NCBI RefSeq assembly: GCF_001194135.2
Contig: NC_068982.1
Span: 130,956,265-131,012,676 of the forward strand
Reading direction: 5' to 3'
DNA length: 56,412 nucleotides
From: Octopus bimaculoides
Taxonomy: Eukaryota
Shown: positions 1 through 11,650 of the stretch, in pieces
How the letters are laid out: each line of letters begins with the position of its first letter
How positions within the stretch are numbered: position 1 is the stretch's first letter
The notes under the pieces: model-generated
Database searches by the model: none
Told to the model about the DNA's origin: nothing
Seen by the model: the letters and a program-made list of their open reading frames with translations, nothing else
Program-made: the position numbers and the translations under genes

Positions 1-35
<35 letters not shown>
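1..35. repeat. (AT)n microsatellite
   Basis: Pure AT dinucleotide run at the window start. Confidence 0.98.
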
Positions 36-37
<2 letters not shown>

Positions 38-207
38 CGTGGCTGTGTGGTAAGAAGCTAGCTTCCCAACCACATGGTTCCAGGTTCACTCCCACAGCGT
101 CGGCCAACCAAAGCCTTGTGAGTGGATTCGGTAGACGAAAACTGAAAGAAGCCCGTCGTGTATGTATGTATGTATGTGTGTGTGTGTATATATATGTGTG
201 TGTGTAC
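36..207 (+). mobile_element. SINE-A 5' head with internal deletion, followed by its microsatellite
   Basis: ggcgtggctgtgtggtaagaagctagcttcccaaccacatggttccaggttc... matches the 10101 copy but lacks the ccttgggcaagtgtcttctactatagcct segment; Pol III A/B-box-like motifs present. Confidence 0.9.
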
Positions 208-474
208 AGTACTGTAGAGATATGTATATTGCTTCTGTTGGTGATATTTACTGTCAAAGTTTCTCACATCAGTGTTTAATTTATTTTATATGTTCGCCTA
301 ACTAGAAATCTTTTAATTCACCAACTCCCACCCTTATGAATTTAACCCTGTGAGAAATAACAAGAACAGTTACGCACTCATAAGATATATGGATATCTAT
401 GTATATATGTATGGTCCCATAACGGGGAACAATAATACGTAAGCATCAACCTCACCCATCTGTTAATCAATGTA

Positions 475-607
475 CGTGTGTTTGTATATATATACATATG
501 TGTGAGTGTATGTATGTGTGTGTATATATATATATGAATTCATGTATATATAAATGAGAGAGAGAGCGTGATAGATAGCAATAACGATACACACCCATGT
601 ATATGTA

Positions 608-679
<72 letters not shown>

Positions 680-790
680 AATATAGCAATATATATTCAT
701 CGAGAGACAGACACAGACATAGACATAAACACACAGGGAGAGACAAATAGACAGAAACACACGAGAGAGAGAGAGAGAGACAGACAGGCA
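475..790. repeat. Compound (AT)/(GT)/(GA) microsatellite cluster
   Basis: (GT)n at about 612-677 plus AT and GA runs; explains ORF-track entries 467..883, 540..890 and 611..841. Confidence 0.95.
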
Positions 791-1289
791 GAAACAAACA
801 TGGAGAGAGAGGGCAAGAAAGAGCATGGGGGGGAGGCATAAAGTGTGTGGTGTTTGTGTGACAAAGGTAGAGACGTTTTGCATTAAACAAATGAATAGAA
901 ATATGCGTGGGCGATAGTTTTCCTACGTATGTGTGTTTGCTTTCATCTATGTATATTTGTAATTACCATAAGTAGAAGGGAATGAATAAGAGTGGAAACG
1001 AGCGAAAATGAGCCATTTCATTGGGTAGTTAACAATTAATTGTCAGTGAAATATGGTAAGGCCTAGTGCCATTGTCTCTGTGATGACTTATTCCATAGTT
1101 AAAATGAGTCATTATACTTTCTGGCAGTAGTCTTTCCCAAACAATGCTTTTTAGTAAGTACTCTTCAGTTTTTGGTTTGTTTGCTTGTTTTGTTTTTTTT
1201 ATTTATTGTAGGCTCTTGCAACTGAAAAAATATTTATGTACATAGGCATGTGCCGCAGTACATATATATATAAGTATTTATTTTATAAA

Positions 1290-1570
1290 TACAATGAACA
1301 ATACGAAAACGAAAACGCTACAGCACATAAGGGACAAGATTTAACAAATATAGTATTAGCTTAACGTTTTAAAGGAAAGATATGTCTTAACGTTTCAGAC
1401 TTTTGCCCTTCATCGAAGAAAGAAAAGACAGAGGGGATGACCAATGAGTGAGACGGGATAGATAGAGCGCTAACGGCAAGAAAATACAACCAAAGCTCAT
1501 TAATAAAAATAATTAAGCTTGATACAGACGTGTTTCTAATGTAGCATACTCGAGCGAAAATTTCTTACCT
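1290..1570 (-). mobile_element. Penelope-like terminal-repeat fragment with a degenerate hammerhead-like motif
   Basis: Minus strand 1420-1384 reads cttcGATGAagggcaaaagtctGAAAcgttaagac, resembling the CTGATGA-stemII-GAAAC motif of Penelope-like termini; element boundaries uncertain. Confidence 0.45.
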
Positions 1571-1799
1571 TACATACATGTGTGTGTGTGTGTGTGTGTG
1601 TGTCTCTCTTTCTCTCTCTTTCTCTCTCTTTCTCTCTCTCTCATTTATGTGATATTTGTAGAAAGTGTTTATCTTTATATAATGCATTTGTGTATAATTA
1701 TGTGTCTACGAGTTAAAATATCATAAAAAATATGAATAATTCTATTATACATTGTAATATATCGGTTGATCTTACAATCTTTTCAGGTCATTGCAAACT

Positions 1800-3470
1800 C
1801 TACGATATATATCCCGCGGACATTTCAAGATTAGATATCTAATAGTGGTTAGACAAATTAAATATTAAACATTAGTAGAGTATATATGTCTTTACTCATG
1901 GACAATCTATATAATTAGATTAGCAGAGAAAGCATCCTAAAACACAAAATCTGGATGAAAAAGTAGGGGATAGTGTTACGTTTCTCGAACATGCATGTGA
2001 CGTCATTGGTAAGAACTTTCTTGTGGAAATTTATCTTCACCGTGTCGTCTAATCTAGGTAAAGATTTCTTGATTATTTCAGGATCTCAGATGCTAGATAT
2101 CAGTAAGTGTACGATATATGACTACTAGATAAGATTATGCTTCGTGAGTTCAAATGCATAACAAGTTTTTTCTGTCTATCTAAAAGACCAATGGGTCGTT
2201 GCCGAATAAGAGCCTCATTACAATTACGCAAATAAAACATTACTTGTATATTTAGTAATATAAATAAATTTGAATCAAAAGTACTAGCGATTCTTTTCAG
2301 GAAATATTTCAGGGCCACAAACATGCTGATTACATGTGCACATATATAGCTGCATGGTTAACTGTGTACTTTCGGGTTCGAAATCCATTGGTAGTCAGAA
2401 ACTATGTATAAATTCTCCGAAGACTTCCAGTTTTTGGAGTGGTAGTTTTAATTCATCGCCTAATTTAGCACCAGCTCTTAGCTCTATTGAGTGTCATGAG
2501 TGGTATACGTTCTCTGTTTCAAGCATTTAGGCCAGGTTAGTGGTGTAAAAATAACTTCTCTCTTCTTATCAATTTTAGAGATTTAAAGTTGGAAATAGGC
2601 TCTAACTTTTCACTCTTAACTAAACCCTTGAAGCAGTTGTTAGCTTTCTGTACATCTCTTGTAAATCAGACAATAGATTACTGCTACATTGTCAGTTTAT
2701 ATCAGCGCTACTGATTTTATAAATACATTTTGACTGCTCTTATAAGAAAACCACCAAAGACCCACCCATCTCTAGCCTCAAACGCTCTATGTTCGATTCC
2801 CCTTCTTTCATCGCTCATAGAGTTCTTTTTTATTCTAAGCCCTGCACTAACTACTTCGCTCAATCCTTTCTTCTCAGAGTGTCATGCTATCGAAATTCTC
2901 ACCGTGTCCACGTTCGCCTGCAGTCTTCAACCTACCAATGTTCAAGCTGAACATAAACCGTATTGATCCCAGATTTATCAGTCGCGTGGGGTTAAGTTCA
3001 GGCCTGATAACCTTCTTCTGAACTAAAGCAAAAAATAGATCTAAAAATATTAAAAGTCGTTGATTCCACCATTCATTTTGAACATTACCTTTCAAGGAAT
3101 ATGTTTTATTTACATTGATAATGTGTTCACGAAGAAAAGTACGAACATTATGAGAGCTCATTTCTCCTCCCAATAAATAATGAGTTACTTGGGTCTATGT
3201 AGGTAAAATAGACTAATCTGTCATTTCCTTTTCGGCAAATTAATTACCTCGAAGTGTCTCTGCATAGCAGATACCAGTAATAATTTCTGAAGCTTTTTAA
3301 CATCTCAAGGTCAAATTTTCCACGCAAAGTGACTTTCACATCAAAATATATTAAACGTATACTTTAACCAAGTATTTATATCAGCATTAATATTTCTCTC
3401 ATCAAAAATAACTCAATTTCTCCACTTGAAACTGTATACTTAGATTTTGGTTTAGGGGAAAATCATTCAA
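1800..3470 (-). pseudogene. Unidentified decayed coding-like relic (TE or endogenous viral origin possible)
   Basis: About 1.7 kb without microsatellites; minus-strand protein-like segments in shifting frames (e.g. HSEKKGLSEVVSAGLRIKKN, IELRAGAKLGDELKLPLQKLEVFGEF, RQRPIGLLDRQKKL) with Ser-rich shadow ORFs on plus. Confidence 0.35.
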
Positions 3471-4559
3471 ATGGATTATATTCAGTCCCTACACCCTATC
3501 ACCTATATCTCAGTTTTCCTCTCGTATCCTCAATGATACGGTCTTTGATTCTCTTAGAACTCCTGATCCATCCCAGATGTAAATCATACTCCATAAGTTT
3601 TTACTTGATGCCTCTTTTCTCATCTCTTTTTTCTATATATATATATCTTTCTCTTCCTGTCCCCTATCTTCCTTCCATCCTTTCCCACTTCTCTCTTCCC
3701 AGTCTGTGTCATTGGATATATCTGTCTACACCTTAATTAAACACGAAGTGGTACATTTCTTGTTCTCTTGCACAGCAGAATGCTTTCTGTGATATTCAAA
3801 ATGATGGATCATTTACCCAGATACCAGTAAGACATTGTGAAAACTATATAATTATTTAATCAATGAATTAATCAGTTCTCAATGACACAAGTCACAGGTC
3901 AACTACTGGACATCGGTCCTCATCACCATCATGACTGATTTATTATCTGTTCGCAAAGACAAGTAACAAAAAAGAATTAGAAATAGCCAAAAATGCATTA
4001 TTCTAGGAATTAATTCCCGTTCAAATCCTATCAGCCCATGATAGCCAATCCTATTGGCTATCATGGTTCAGTTCCTGAATCATGGTTGGCAATTTTGGTC
4101 CGAACAAGATTTGAACTAAAAAACTAAATTAGTGAAGATAGACACCTTAGAGCGGATGAGGATTAAAACAAGAAGCTGAAGTAATTATTTTTGATGTTAT
4201 ATGCTGATACATAAGCCCGACTGCCTAATGATGTTTAGATGGTATTTGAATCATAGCAGCAACCAATAATAGACTTGCAACGTTTGCTAAAATAAAGATG
4301 GAAAATTAAATTAGCAAGATTGTCACGAATTAAGAAAATATCGATAAATTCAATGACTCTTATAGTTCATCTAGTCTGGTTGGTTTCAGTACTGCATCCA
4401 CTCTTCTCAGCAAACTGCTATTGATTAGTTATATTATAGTTGCACAGTGTAACAGACTGGAGTGGGATGGAGTACAAACGACTGAATAACATAAGTCAAA
4501 GTCATCATTTCCATTCACATCGATGGTTGCATTATAAACCAATTTCGGTCGTTGATTAG

Positions 4560-4695
4560 TGATTTATTTTATCGATATTGGAAGAATAAAAGGCAAAGTT
4601 AACTTCAGTGGTATCTTAACTCAGAACGTGAAGTGTCGTAGTTAAACAGCGCAAGGAACTTACTCCGATGTTCTAACGCTTCTCTGTTAATCCAC
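4560..4695 (-). mobile_element. Degenerate SINE-B
   Basis: aaaaggcaaagttaacttcagtggtatcttaactcagaacg is the reverse complement of the SINE-B B-box/central region. Confidence 0.7.
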
Positions 4696-4871
4696 ATAGA
4701 GAATAAAAATTAACCACTGTAAGAGTTCTTTTTTATTTTCAATGCCATACCTCTGTCTGTAGTTAGATTATAATATCAAAGAAATGAATAGATATCAAAC
4801 CTTTTAAATTATGTGTGTATTTCTGCGAAATTTAGTGAAATAAGAAATACAAAGAAGAGCACAAACCTCCA

Positions 4872-6495
4872 ACGTCTTAATCTTTTTATTACCCACAAGG
4901 GGCGAACACAGAGAGGACAATACATTACATGTAGGGACACAAAACAGATAAAAAATAGCACAACGTATGAAAAGCATGAAATGACAAATGAAAATGAAAA
5001 AAATATAATGAAGCTACTCGGCCCCACCTCCGAGTGATTTCATTTATGCCTTTAACTCTTTTTATATTTTGTTCCCGCTAAAATATGTACCCCATATTTT
5101 TCTATCAAATTTTCATAATACAAATGGTCTGGTTGTATACCCCTATCTAATTCCACTTCCCAAACCCTATATCCACTTTTATAACTTAATATTTTCTCTC
5201 TTTGTTCATCTGTAGGAAACACATCAATGCCAACTTTTAATGTTATCATAATCCATTGTTCCTACTGATTTGTAATCTTCCCAAGATGCTATCTCTGTAC
5301 ACAATTTTTCGTTAGAATCGTCATACATAATTGTGCATTTTTTTTTCTTTATTGTCTGGGAGGAGAGAGTTTGAGAATTTTTGTAGGTTTTTTCCTGTGT
5401 CAGAGGGAGATGGGAAAGTTTGGTGCCTGTAGGGGAGGGATAGGACGAAGAGCGTGTGGGTAGTTGTGTGTGTGTGTGTGTGGGGGGTTATGGGACTTCT
5501 TCTTTTTCCTTTGCTTCTTTTATCGATGGCTTCCCTTTCATTGTCCTTTTCTTCTGTTAGTATTTTTTCTTCTTCCTTATTCACTTACTCCTCCTGTGGT
5601 TCCTTTTCCTGGGACTCCTCCATCTTTTTGGTCGGTGAAGGGTAGTCCACTCTGATGTGACCCTTTAGGCCACATTTAAAGCATAGCACCCTCACTCCAC
5701 CCTCACTCTCAACACCGTGTCCTCAATTGTGACTTCTCTGTCATACTTTCCAATTTTTTTTGTGATCCCTGAATGATGATATCTAACTTTGTCCTCTCCT
5801 ATTGGTATTTTCAGTCATAGTGGCCTGGAGGACTGCTATTTCATCCTCGTTACCGAGAAGTACAGTAGCCACCGCTCAGGCCACATCAATTTCGGGCGGA
5901 ATCCCTTCTACCCTAACCCTGGAAGCTCGTCTTCCAAGGTATGTGGGTAGAAGTACCATACTATCAGTTCTTAACAGAGTTGCCAAATACTGTCTTGCTT
6001 TGGCTGCCGCTCTGAGGCGAACCCCCACTGTACCAAATTTACTTACCCTGACAAGATATGTAATATCTTGCCAGATAGGTTTCAAAGCCTGCTGTATTTT
6101 TATGTTGGCATAATTTCAATTTTCTTCGCTTCTGTAGAATAAACGTTGTAAATAATTGTCTTTTCATTCTAGCTTTCATGACTCCTTGAGAAGGGAACAA
6201 AGTTACATCGCCACCCATTCTATTTAACATCTTCTTGTGACTCTTTAACTTGGTTAAATTTACCTCCTTATTCTGTGCCTCTGCAACTTTTGAAAAACTT
6301 TTTTCTTCCATTTTTTTTGTCCATTTCTTTAATAGATTTTAGAAGTTCGTCTTCCGAGGAAGACAGCTCCGAAGAGGTGCAATCCTCGTACATTTCAAAA
6401 CAAGCTGCCACAAAGCAGCAAAACAGTTCACAAAAATGTTCAAATGAACACTCACACAAAATTACGACACAAAACTTACACATCTTTACACTATG
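4872..6495 (-). mobile_element. ORF1-only non-LTR retroelement (HAL1-like): 5' UTR, gag-like ORF1, short 3' UTR with LINE-type tail
   Basis: Frameshifted ORF from ATG 6393 to stop 5052 with a CCHC-type knuckle; ~175-nt 3' UTR ending ...gccccttgtgggtaataaaaaga; no endonuclease or RT motifs. No TSD found. Confidence 0.7.
5052..6393 (-). pseudogene. Disrupted gag-like ORF1 (about 440 codons)
   Basis: MYEDCTSSELSSSEDE...LPTYLGRRASRVRVEGIPPEIDVA...CFKCGLKGHIRVDYP (CX2CX4HX4C with last C to Y, about 5645-5690)...YKSGYRVWEVELDRGIQPDHLYYENLIEKYGVHILAGTKYKKS*; several frameshifts and stops. Confidence 0.75.
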
Positions 6496-6535
6496 AAAAA
6501 TACCAGAAGAATAACTTAATAACAACCTAAGGCAA

Positions 6536-6870
6536 AACTAATGTCCTTTCAATGATTAGCCAAAGATGATTTTTAAAATGAGAATATCTGAAATAAAATC
6601 GACTGCTCTCACAAACGAGAATACTAAAAATGAACCCGACCTCTCTCAAAAATTAAATTTAAAAAAATACAGGAAAAATAATCCAGAATCCTTGTCTGGT
6701 ACCGGATCAATCCCAAAATCTAATCAGTTCGTGCCAGTCACAAGGCCAAACATCCCTGAAAGTTTCATCTGAATCCATCCAGTGATTCTTGAGATATCTT
6801 GTCCACGGACAAACCAACAAACAAACGCGACCGAAAACAATACCTCCGCCTTAGTGAAGGCGGAGGTAAT
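6536..6870 (-). mobile_element. Non-autonomous Helentron-associated (HINE/DINE-1-like) element
   Basis: Terminal perfect hairpin tacctccgcct-tagtga-aggcggaggta (6841-6868), followed on minus by gttttc and a (ttgt)n patch, ending ttagtt; same architecture as 30468-30823. Confidence 0.7.
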
Positions 6871-7179
6871 TACCCGACTAACTGGAACTTATGAGCCAAT
6901 TTCTGTAATGACGTAAGGAAAGACATGAATTTCACAACATTCATTGATATTCTTTTTCAAAAAGAAATTCACACTTAAAGCTTATGAACTAAACATTTAC
7001 ATCGTATTTTATACTAATTTTGGCTGAGAGATAGTGAAAATATTAACTATTCTTTACCAAGAATCTTATTCGAATGCAACCACTACCCAAGGACAACAGT
7101 CAAACGGAACACATTTTTCAAATCTGACAACCAGTTTCTACGCCCATATCTTTCATCCATCTGATCTAATTCTTTGTTG

Positions 7180-7213
7180 TATATGTATGTGTATATATAT
7201 ATATATATATATG

Positions 7214-7252
<39 letters not shown>

Positions 7253-8414
7253 ATATATATATATATATATGTATGTGTATATATATATATATATNNNNNN
7301 NNNNNNNNNNNNNNNNNNNNNNNNNNNNNNNNNNNNNNNNNNNNNNNNNNNNNNNNNNNNNNNNNNNNNNNNNNNNNNNNNNNNNNNNNNNNNNNNNNNN
7401 NNNNNNNNNNNNNNNNNNNNNNNNNNNNNNNNNNNNNNNNNNNNNNNNNNNNNNNNNNNNNNNNNNNNNNNNNNNNNNNNNNNNNNNNNNNNNNNNNNNN
7501 NNNNNNNNNNNNNNNNNNNNNNNNNNNNNNNNNNNNNNNNNNNNNNNNNNNNNNNNNNNNNNNNNNNNNNNNNNNNNNNNNNNNNNNNNNNNNNNNNNNN
7601 NNNNNNNNNNNNNNNNNNNNNNNNNNNNNNNNNNNNNNNNNNNNNNNNNNNNNNNNNNNNNNNNNNNNNNNNNNNNNNNNNNNNNNNNNNNNNNNNNNNN
7701 NNNNNNNNNNNNNNNNNNNNNNNNNNNNNNNNNNNNNNNNNNNNNNNNNNNNNNNNNNNNNNNNNNNNNNNNNNNNNNNNNNNNNNNNNNNNNNNNNNNN
7801 NNNNNNNNNNNNNNNNNNNNNNNNNNNNNNNNNNNNNNNNNNNNNNNNNNNNNNNNNNNNNNNNNNNNNNNNNNNNNNNNNNNNNNNNNNNNNNNNNNNN
7901 NNNNNNNNNNNNNNNNNNNNNNNNNNNNNNNNNNNNNNNNNNNNNNNNNNNNNNNNNNNNNNNNNNNNNNNNNNNNNNNNNNNNNNNNNNNNNNNNNNNN
8001 NNNNNNNNNNNNNNNNNNNNNNNNNNNNNNNNNNNNNNNNNNNNNNNNNNNNNNNNNNNNNNNNNNNNNNNNNNNNNNNNNNNNNNNNNNNNNNNNNNNN
8101 NNNNNNNNNNNNNNNNNNNNNNNNNNNNNNNNNNNNNNNNNNNNNNNNNNNNNNNNNNNNNNNNNNNNNNNNNNNNNNNNNNNNNNNNNNNNNNNNNNNN
8201 NNNNNNNNNNNNNNNNNNNNNNNNNNNNNNNNNNNNNNNNNNNNNNNNNNNNNNNNTATATATGTATGTGTCTATATATATGTATGTGTCTATATATATG
8301 TATGTGTATATATATATGTATGTGTATATATATATGTATGTGTATATATATATGTATGTGTATATATATATGTATGTGTATATATATATGTGTGTGTATA
8401 TATATATGTATGTG

Positions 8415-8447
<33 letters not shown>

Positions 8448-8510
8448 GTATATATATGTATGTGTATATATATATGTATGTGTATATATGTGTATATATA
8501 TATATGTGTA

Positions 8511-8541
<31 letters not shown>

Positions 8542-8572
8542 GTGTATATATATATATATGTGTATATATATA
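7180..8572. repeat. AT/GT compound microsatellite and 18-bp minisatellite (atatatatatgtatgtgt)n flanking N-gap 7295-8256
   Basis: Tandem units directly visible on both sides of the gap. Confidence 0.95.
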
Positions 8573-8849
8573 AAACATTGTCTTATCTAATTATTTTCTA
8601 TCATTGCGAATATATCATTGCGATAAAATATCCTGAATTCATTATTACTTCTTCGCCACCTGAGTCCTGGGCGTTATCTAAAGTATGTATGTAGTAGTAG
8701 TAGTAGTAGTAGTAGTAGTAAAATGATGGTGATGATCATTATGAGAAAGAGGAAGGGCAGTTATAGCAGTGAAACCTGAACATGAAAGCTGTAAACTTTC
8801 CCGTCTTTTATAACTTCTCCCTACAAATCCGTGCGGGATCTTGTATGTA

Positions 8850-8935
8850 GACTATCAGCTTGCTTGAAATAGCAGCTAAATCCCTATCAAACAATACCCT
8901 ACCATCTTAGAAGATTTAGTTCCTGTTGTAGAAAA
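8850..8935 (+). repeat. Dispersed repeat C fragment
   Basis: gcttgaaatagcagctaaatccctatcaaacaataccctaccatctta; related copies near 15885-15945 (+), 34835-34875 (-), 36070-36135 (-) and 37045-37090 (+). Confidence 0.6.
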
Positions 8936-10100
8936 AGACGATGTTTATGGCTAGAATACTTTCATTTCTAGGTTTATTCTGTTAGAGGCACACCTAGGGT
9001 CATACAGCAACAACAATAACATTCACTACAGTATTCTGATGAGTGCTTACAGATTCTTTCGTTCTTTTACTTAGTTCGATCATTGAGGTACCGTGCAGTG
9101 GTGGCTGCGAAATCTTAAATTAGTAGATTTGAGCAAAGAGTTACGATATTCGAGCCTTTTCTTAAAGGTCACCGAAAATGAGTAAAGCAGACCCAAGTAA
9201 AGGACACAACATAACCTGGTCTTTATTTGTTCAAAATTAATAAGATCGTGTGAAAGTATATGCACAAACTTCTGAAGCAGGCTGAGAGGAATCCAGCTTG
9301 GTCTGCGATATAAGAACACAACGATAAACTCTGCGAGCGGCGCTAACATTTTTGTATTAGTTAGCTATGAGAAATCTAAGTGACGCGTAATAAACTAGAG
9401 GAATATATGATAATAGGGTCAAAGATTTATCAAGATTAATTGGCATCTGAACGGACAAATCAATTCAAAACAGTGTTTGCCGGTGTAGAGAGAGATTGTC
9501 GAGGAAGTCGTCTTTCGATTCGATTCGGTTCTATTAATGAATAAACAGGATGACGCAATTCTAGAAAACTGACTGGAAGAACATTTTCTCATTTCGCTTA
9601 TGTATAAATATACTTGATGTGTGGGTAAGTGAGAGAGAAGTCTAGATCTTTCCCGAATGTCTGTTCCTCCAAAGATTATGGACTATTTCCAAATATTCTT
9701 AGCTTAGCTTGGAGGTGGTACTAAAAAAGAGATTCTTTTAATATCCCAGTATTTCTTGTAGGAGTCAACGAATATAAGTAGGAAAGTATATTCCACAAAC
9801 TACTTCTCAGAAAAATGATGATAAAAACAAAAATAATTTCTAAAAGTATTAGACAATAAAAAGAAAACTGAGCCTGTCTTGCAAAGCTGATACTGTCATA
9901 TAAGTTAATTTCTGTAGCCATGGATAAATGTCTGCACACGTGCATGTAGGTGGAAATTAATTTTTACCAGCAAATTGTTGCCGAACAACGAATGTTTGTG
10001 TCAATAAGAATAGCTAATACATATGCTGTGCAACCGCTCTGAAACGCACAAACATACAAACATATTTGAAGGCGTATATATCTATATATACGCATATATA

Positions 10101-10265
10101 GGCGCAGGAGTGGCTGTGTGGTAAATAGTTTGCTTACCAACCACATGGTTCCGGGTTCAGTCCCACTGCGTGGTACCTTGGGCAAGTGTCTTCTACTATA
10201 GCCTCGGGCCGACCAATGCCTTGTGAGTGGATTTGGTAGACGGAAACTGAAAGAAGCCCGTCGTG

Positions 10266-10319
<54 letters not shown>

Positions 10320-10519
10320 TGTGTTTGTCCCCCCAAGATCGCTTGACAACCGATGCTGGTGTGTTTACGTCCTCGTAATTTAGAGGTTCGGCAAAAAGAG
10401 ACCGATATAATAAGTACTAGGCTTACAAAGAATAAGTCCTAGGGTCGATTTGCTAGACTAAAGGCGGTGCTCCAGCATGGCCGCAGTCAAATGACTGAAA
10501 CAAGTTAAAGAGTAAGAGA
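10101..10519 (+). mobile_element. Full-length SINE-A (tRNA-derived; resembles octopus OK/OR-type SINEs, exact family not determined)
   Basis: A-box tggctgtgtgg, B-box ggttcagtccc, CORE-like ccttgggcaagt, internal (AT)/(GT) microsatellite, tail ...cagcatggccgcagtcaaatgactgaaacaagttaaagag. Confidence 0.95.
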
Positions 10520-10875
10520 TATGTATTTATATGTGCGTCTGTCTGTGCCTGTTTGTGGGTATATTTGGCTTTGAACAACTACGTATCATGCTTTCTTTTG
10601 AATATGTCTAATCTCTTACAACCACATGCAATAATGTTAAAGCTATGTGATTGTGTCATAAATCATACTCCTATCGCTGGAAAAGTCTTACAGATGTCAT
10701 AAGAGCTTCCCTACGGCTATTATATAAGCCTAAGGCCAGCATGTTGTTGTTCATGTTATGAAGTTTCGAGATAAAACAAAATTCATACGATTTGTTGACG
10801 TCTTAATAGTTCATGTTCGTTGGCGATAAGTTATTATTTACGTCATATATCTGCGTATGTACTTGTATGTATTTA

Positions 10876-10930
<55 letters not shown>

Positions 10931-11132
10931 GAGTGTGTATGTAGTGTTGTGTGTGTGTGTATAGTGTTGTGTGTTTGTGGCGGGGTTTATATATGTATCA
11001 TACACACAAGTGTGAGTGAGAGAGATCATGCAAACTAAAATGACGCCACACGGGGATAACATTTGAACTAATAGTGGAACGAAGATAGCATATTTATATG
11101 ATTGGCGATTGTTTTAGGGCAAAGGTTCTAAA

Positions 11133-11650
11133 NNNNNNNNNNNNNNNNNNNNNNNNNNNNNNNNNNNNNNNNNNNNNNNNNNNNNNNNNNNNNNNNNNNN
11201 NNNNNNNNNNNNNNNNNNNNNNNNNNNNNNNNNNNNNNNNNNNNNNNNNNNNNNNNNNNNNNNNNNNNNNNNNNNNNNNNNNNNNNNNNNNNNNNNNNNN
11301 NNNNNNNNNNNNNNNNNNNNNNNNNNNNNNNNNNNNNNNNNNNNNNNNNNNNNNNNNNNNNNNNNNNNNNNNNNNNNNNNNNNNNNNNNNNNNNNNNNNN
11401 NNNNNNNNNNNNNNNNNNNNNNNNNNNNNNNNNNNNNNNNNNNNNNNNNNNNNNNNNNNNNNNNNNNNNNNNNNNNNNNNNNNNNNNNNNNNNNNNNNNN
11501 NNNNNNNNNNNNNNNNNNNNNNNNNNNNNNNNNNNNNNNNNNNNNNNNNNNNNNNNNNNNNNNNNNNNNNNNNNNNNNNNNNNNNNNNNNNNNNNNNNNN
11601 NNNNNNNNNNNNNNNNNNNNNNNNNNNNNNNNNNNNNNNNNNNNNNNNNN
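11133..11650. other. Assembly gap (N run)
   Basis: N bases. Other gaps: 7295-8256, 18941-19564, 24023-24032, 29110-29119, 30043-30142, 45975-46253, 53291-54151. Confidence 1.

Noticed and set aside
467-890. His/Thr- and Cys/Val-repeat proteins (HTHT, CVCV, YIYI) throughout the ORF track
   Set aside because: They are translations of (CA)/(GT)/(AT) arrays.
2082-2102. 21-nt micro-exon and other isolated GTAAGT donors (1153, 21885, 33530 minus, 48624)
   Set aside because: The hexamer is expected many times per strand by chance at this composition, with no supporting frame or homology.
2965-3025. Kinase catalytic loop (RPDNLLL) on the plus strand
   Set aside because: No HRD or DFG, stops on both sides, and composition favours the minus strand.
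7034-8694. Long ORFs of 450-518 aa, and similar ones at 11098-11814, 18837-19658, 45845-46402 and 53185-54283
   Set aside because: They are made of N-gap X residues and microsatellite translations.
10101-10175. tRNA genes
   Set aside because: The A/B boxes belong to SINE heads; no complete cloverleaf could be folded.
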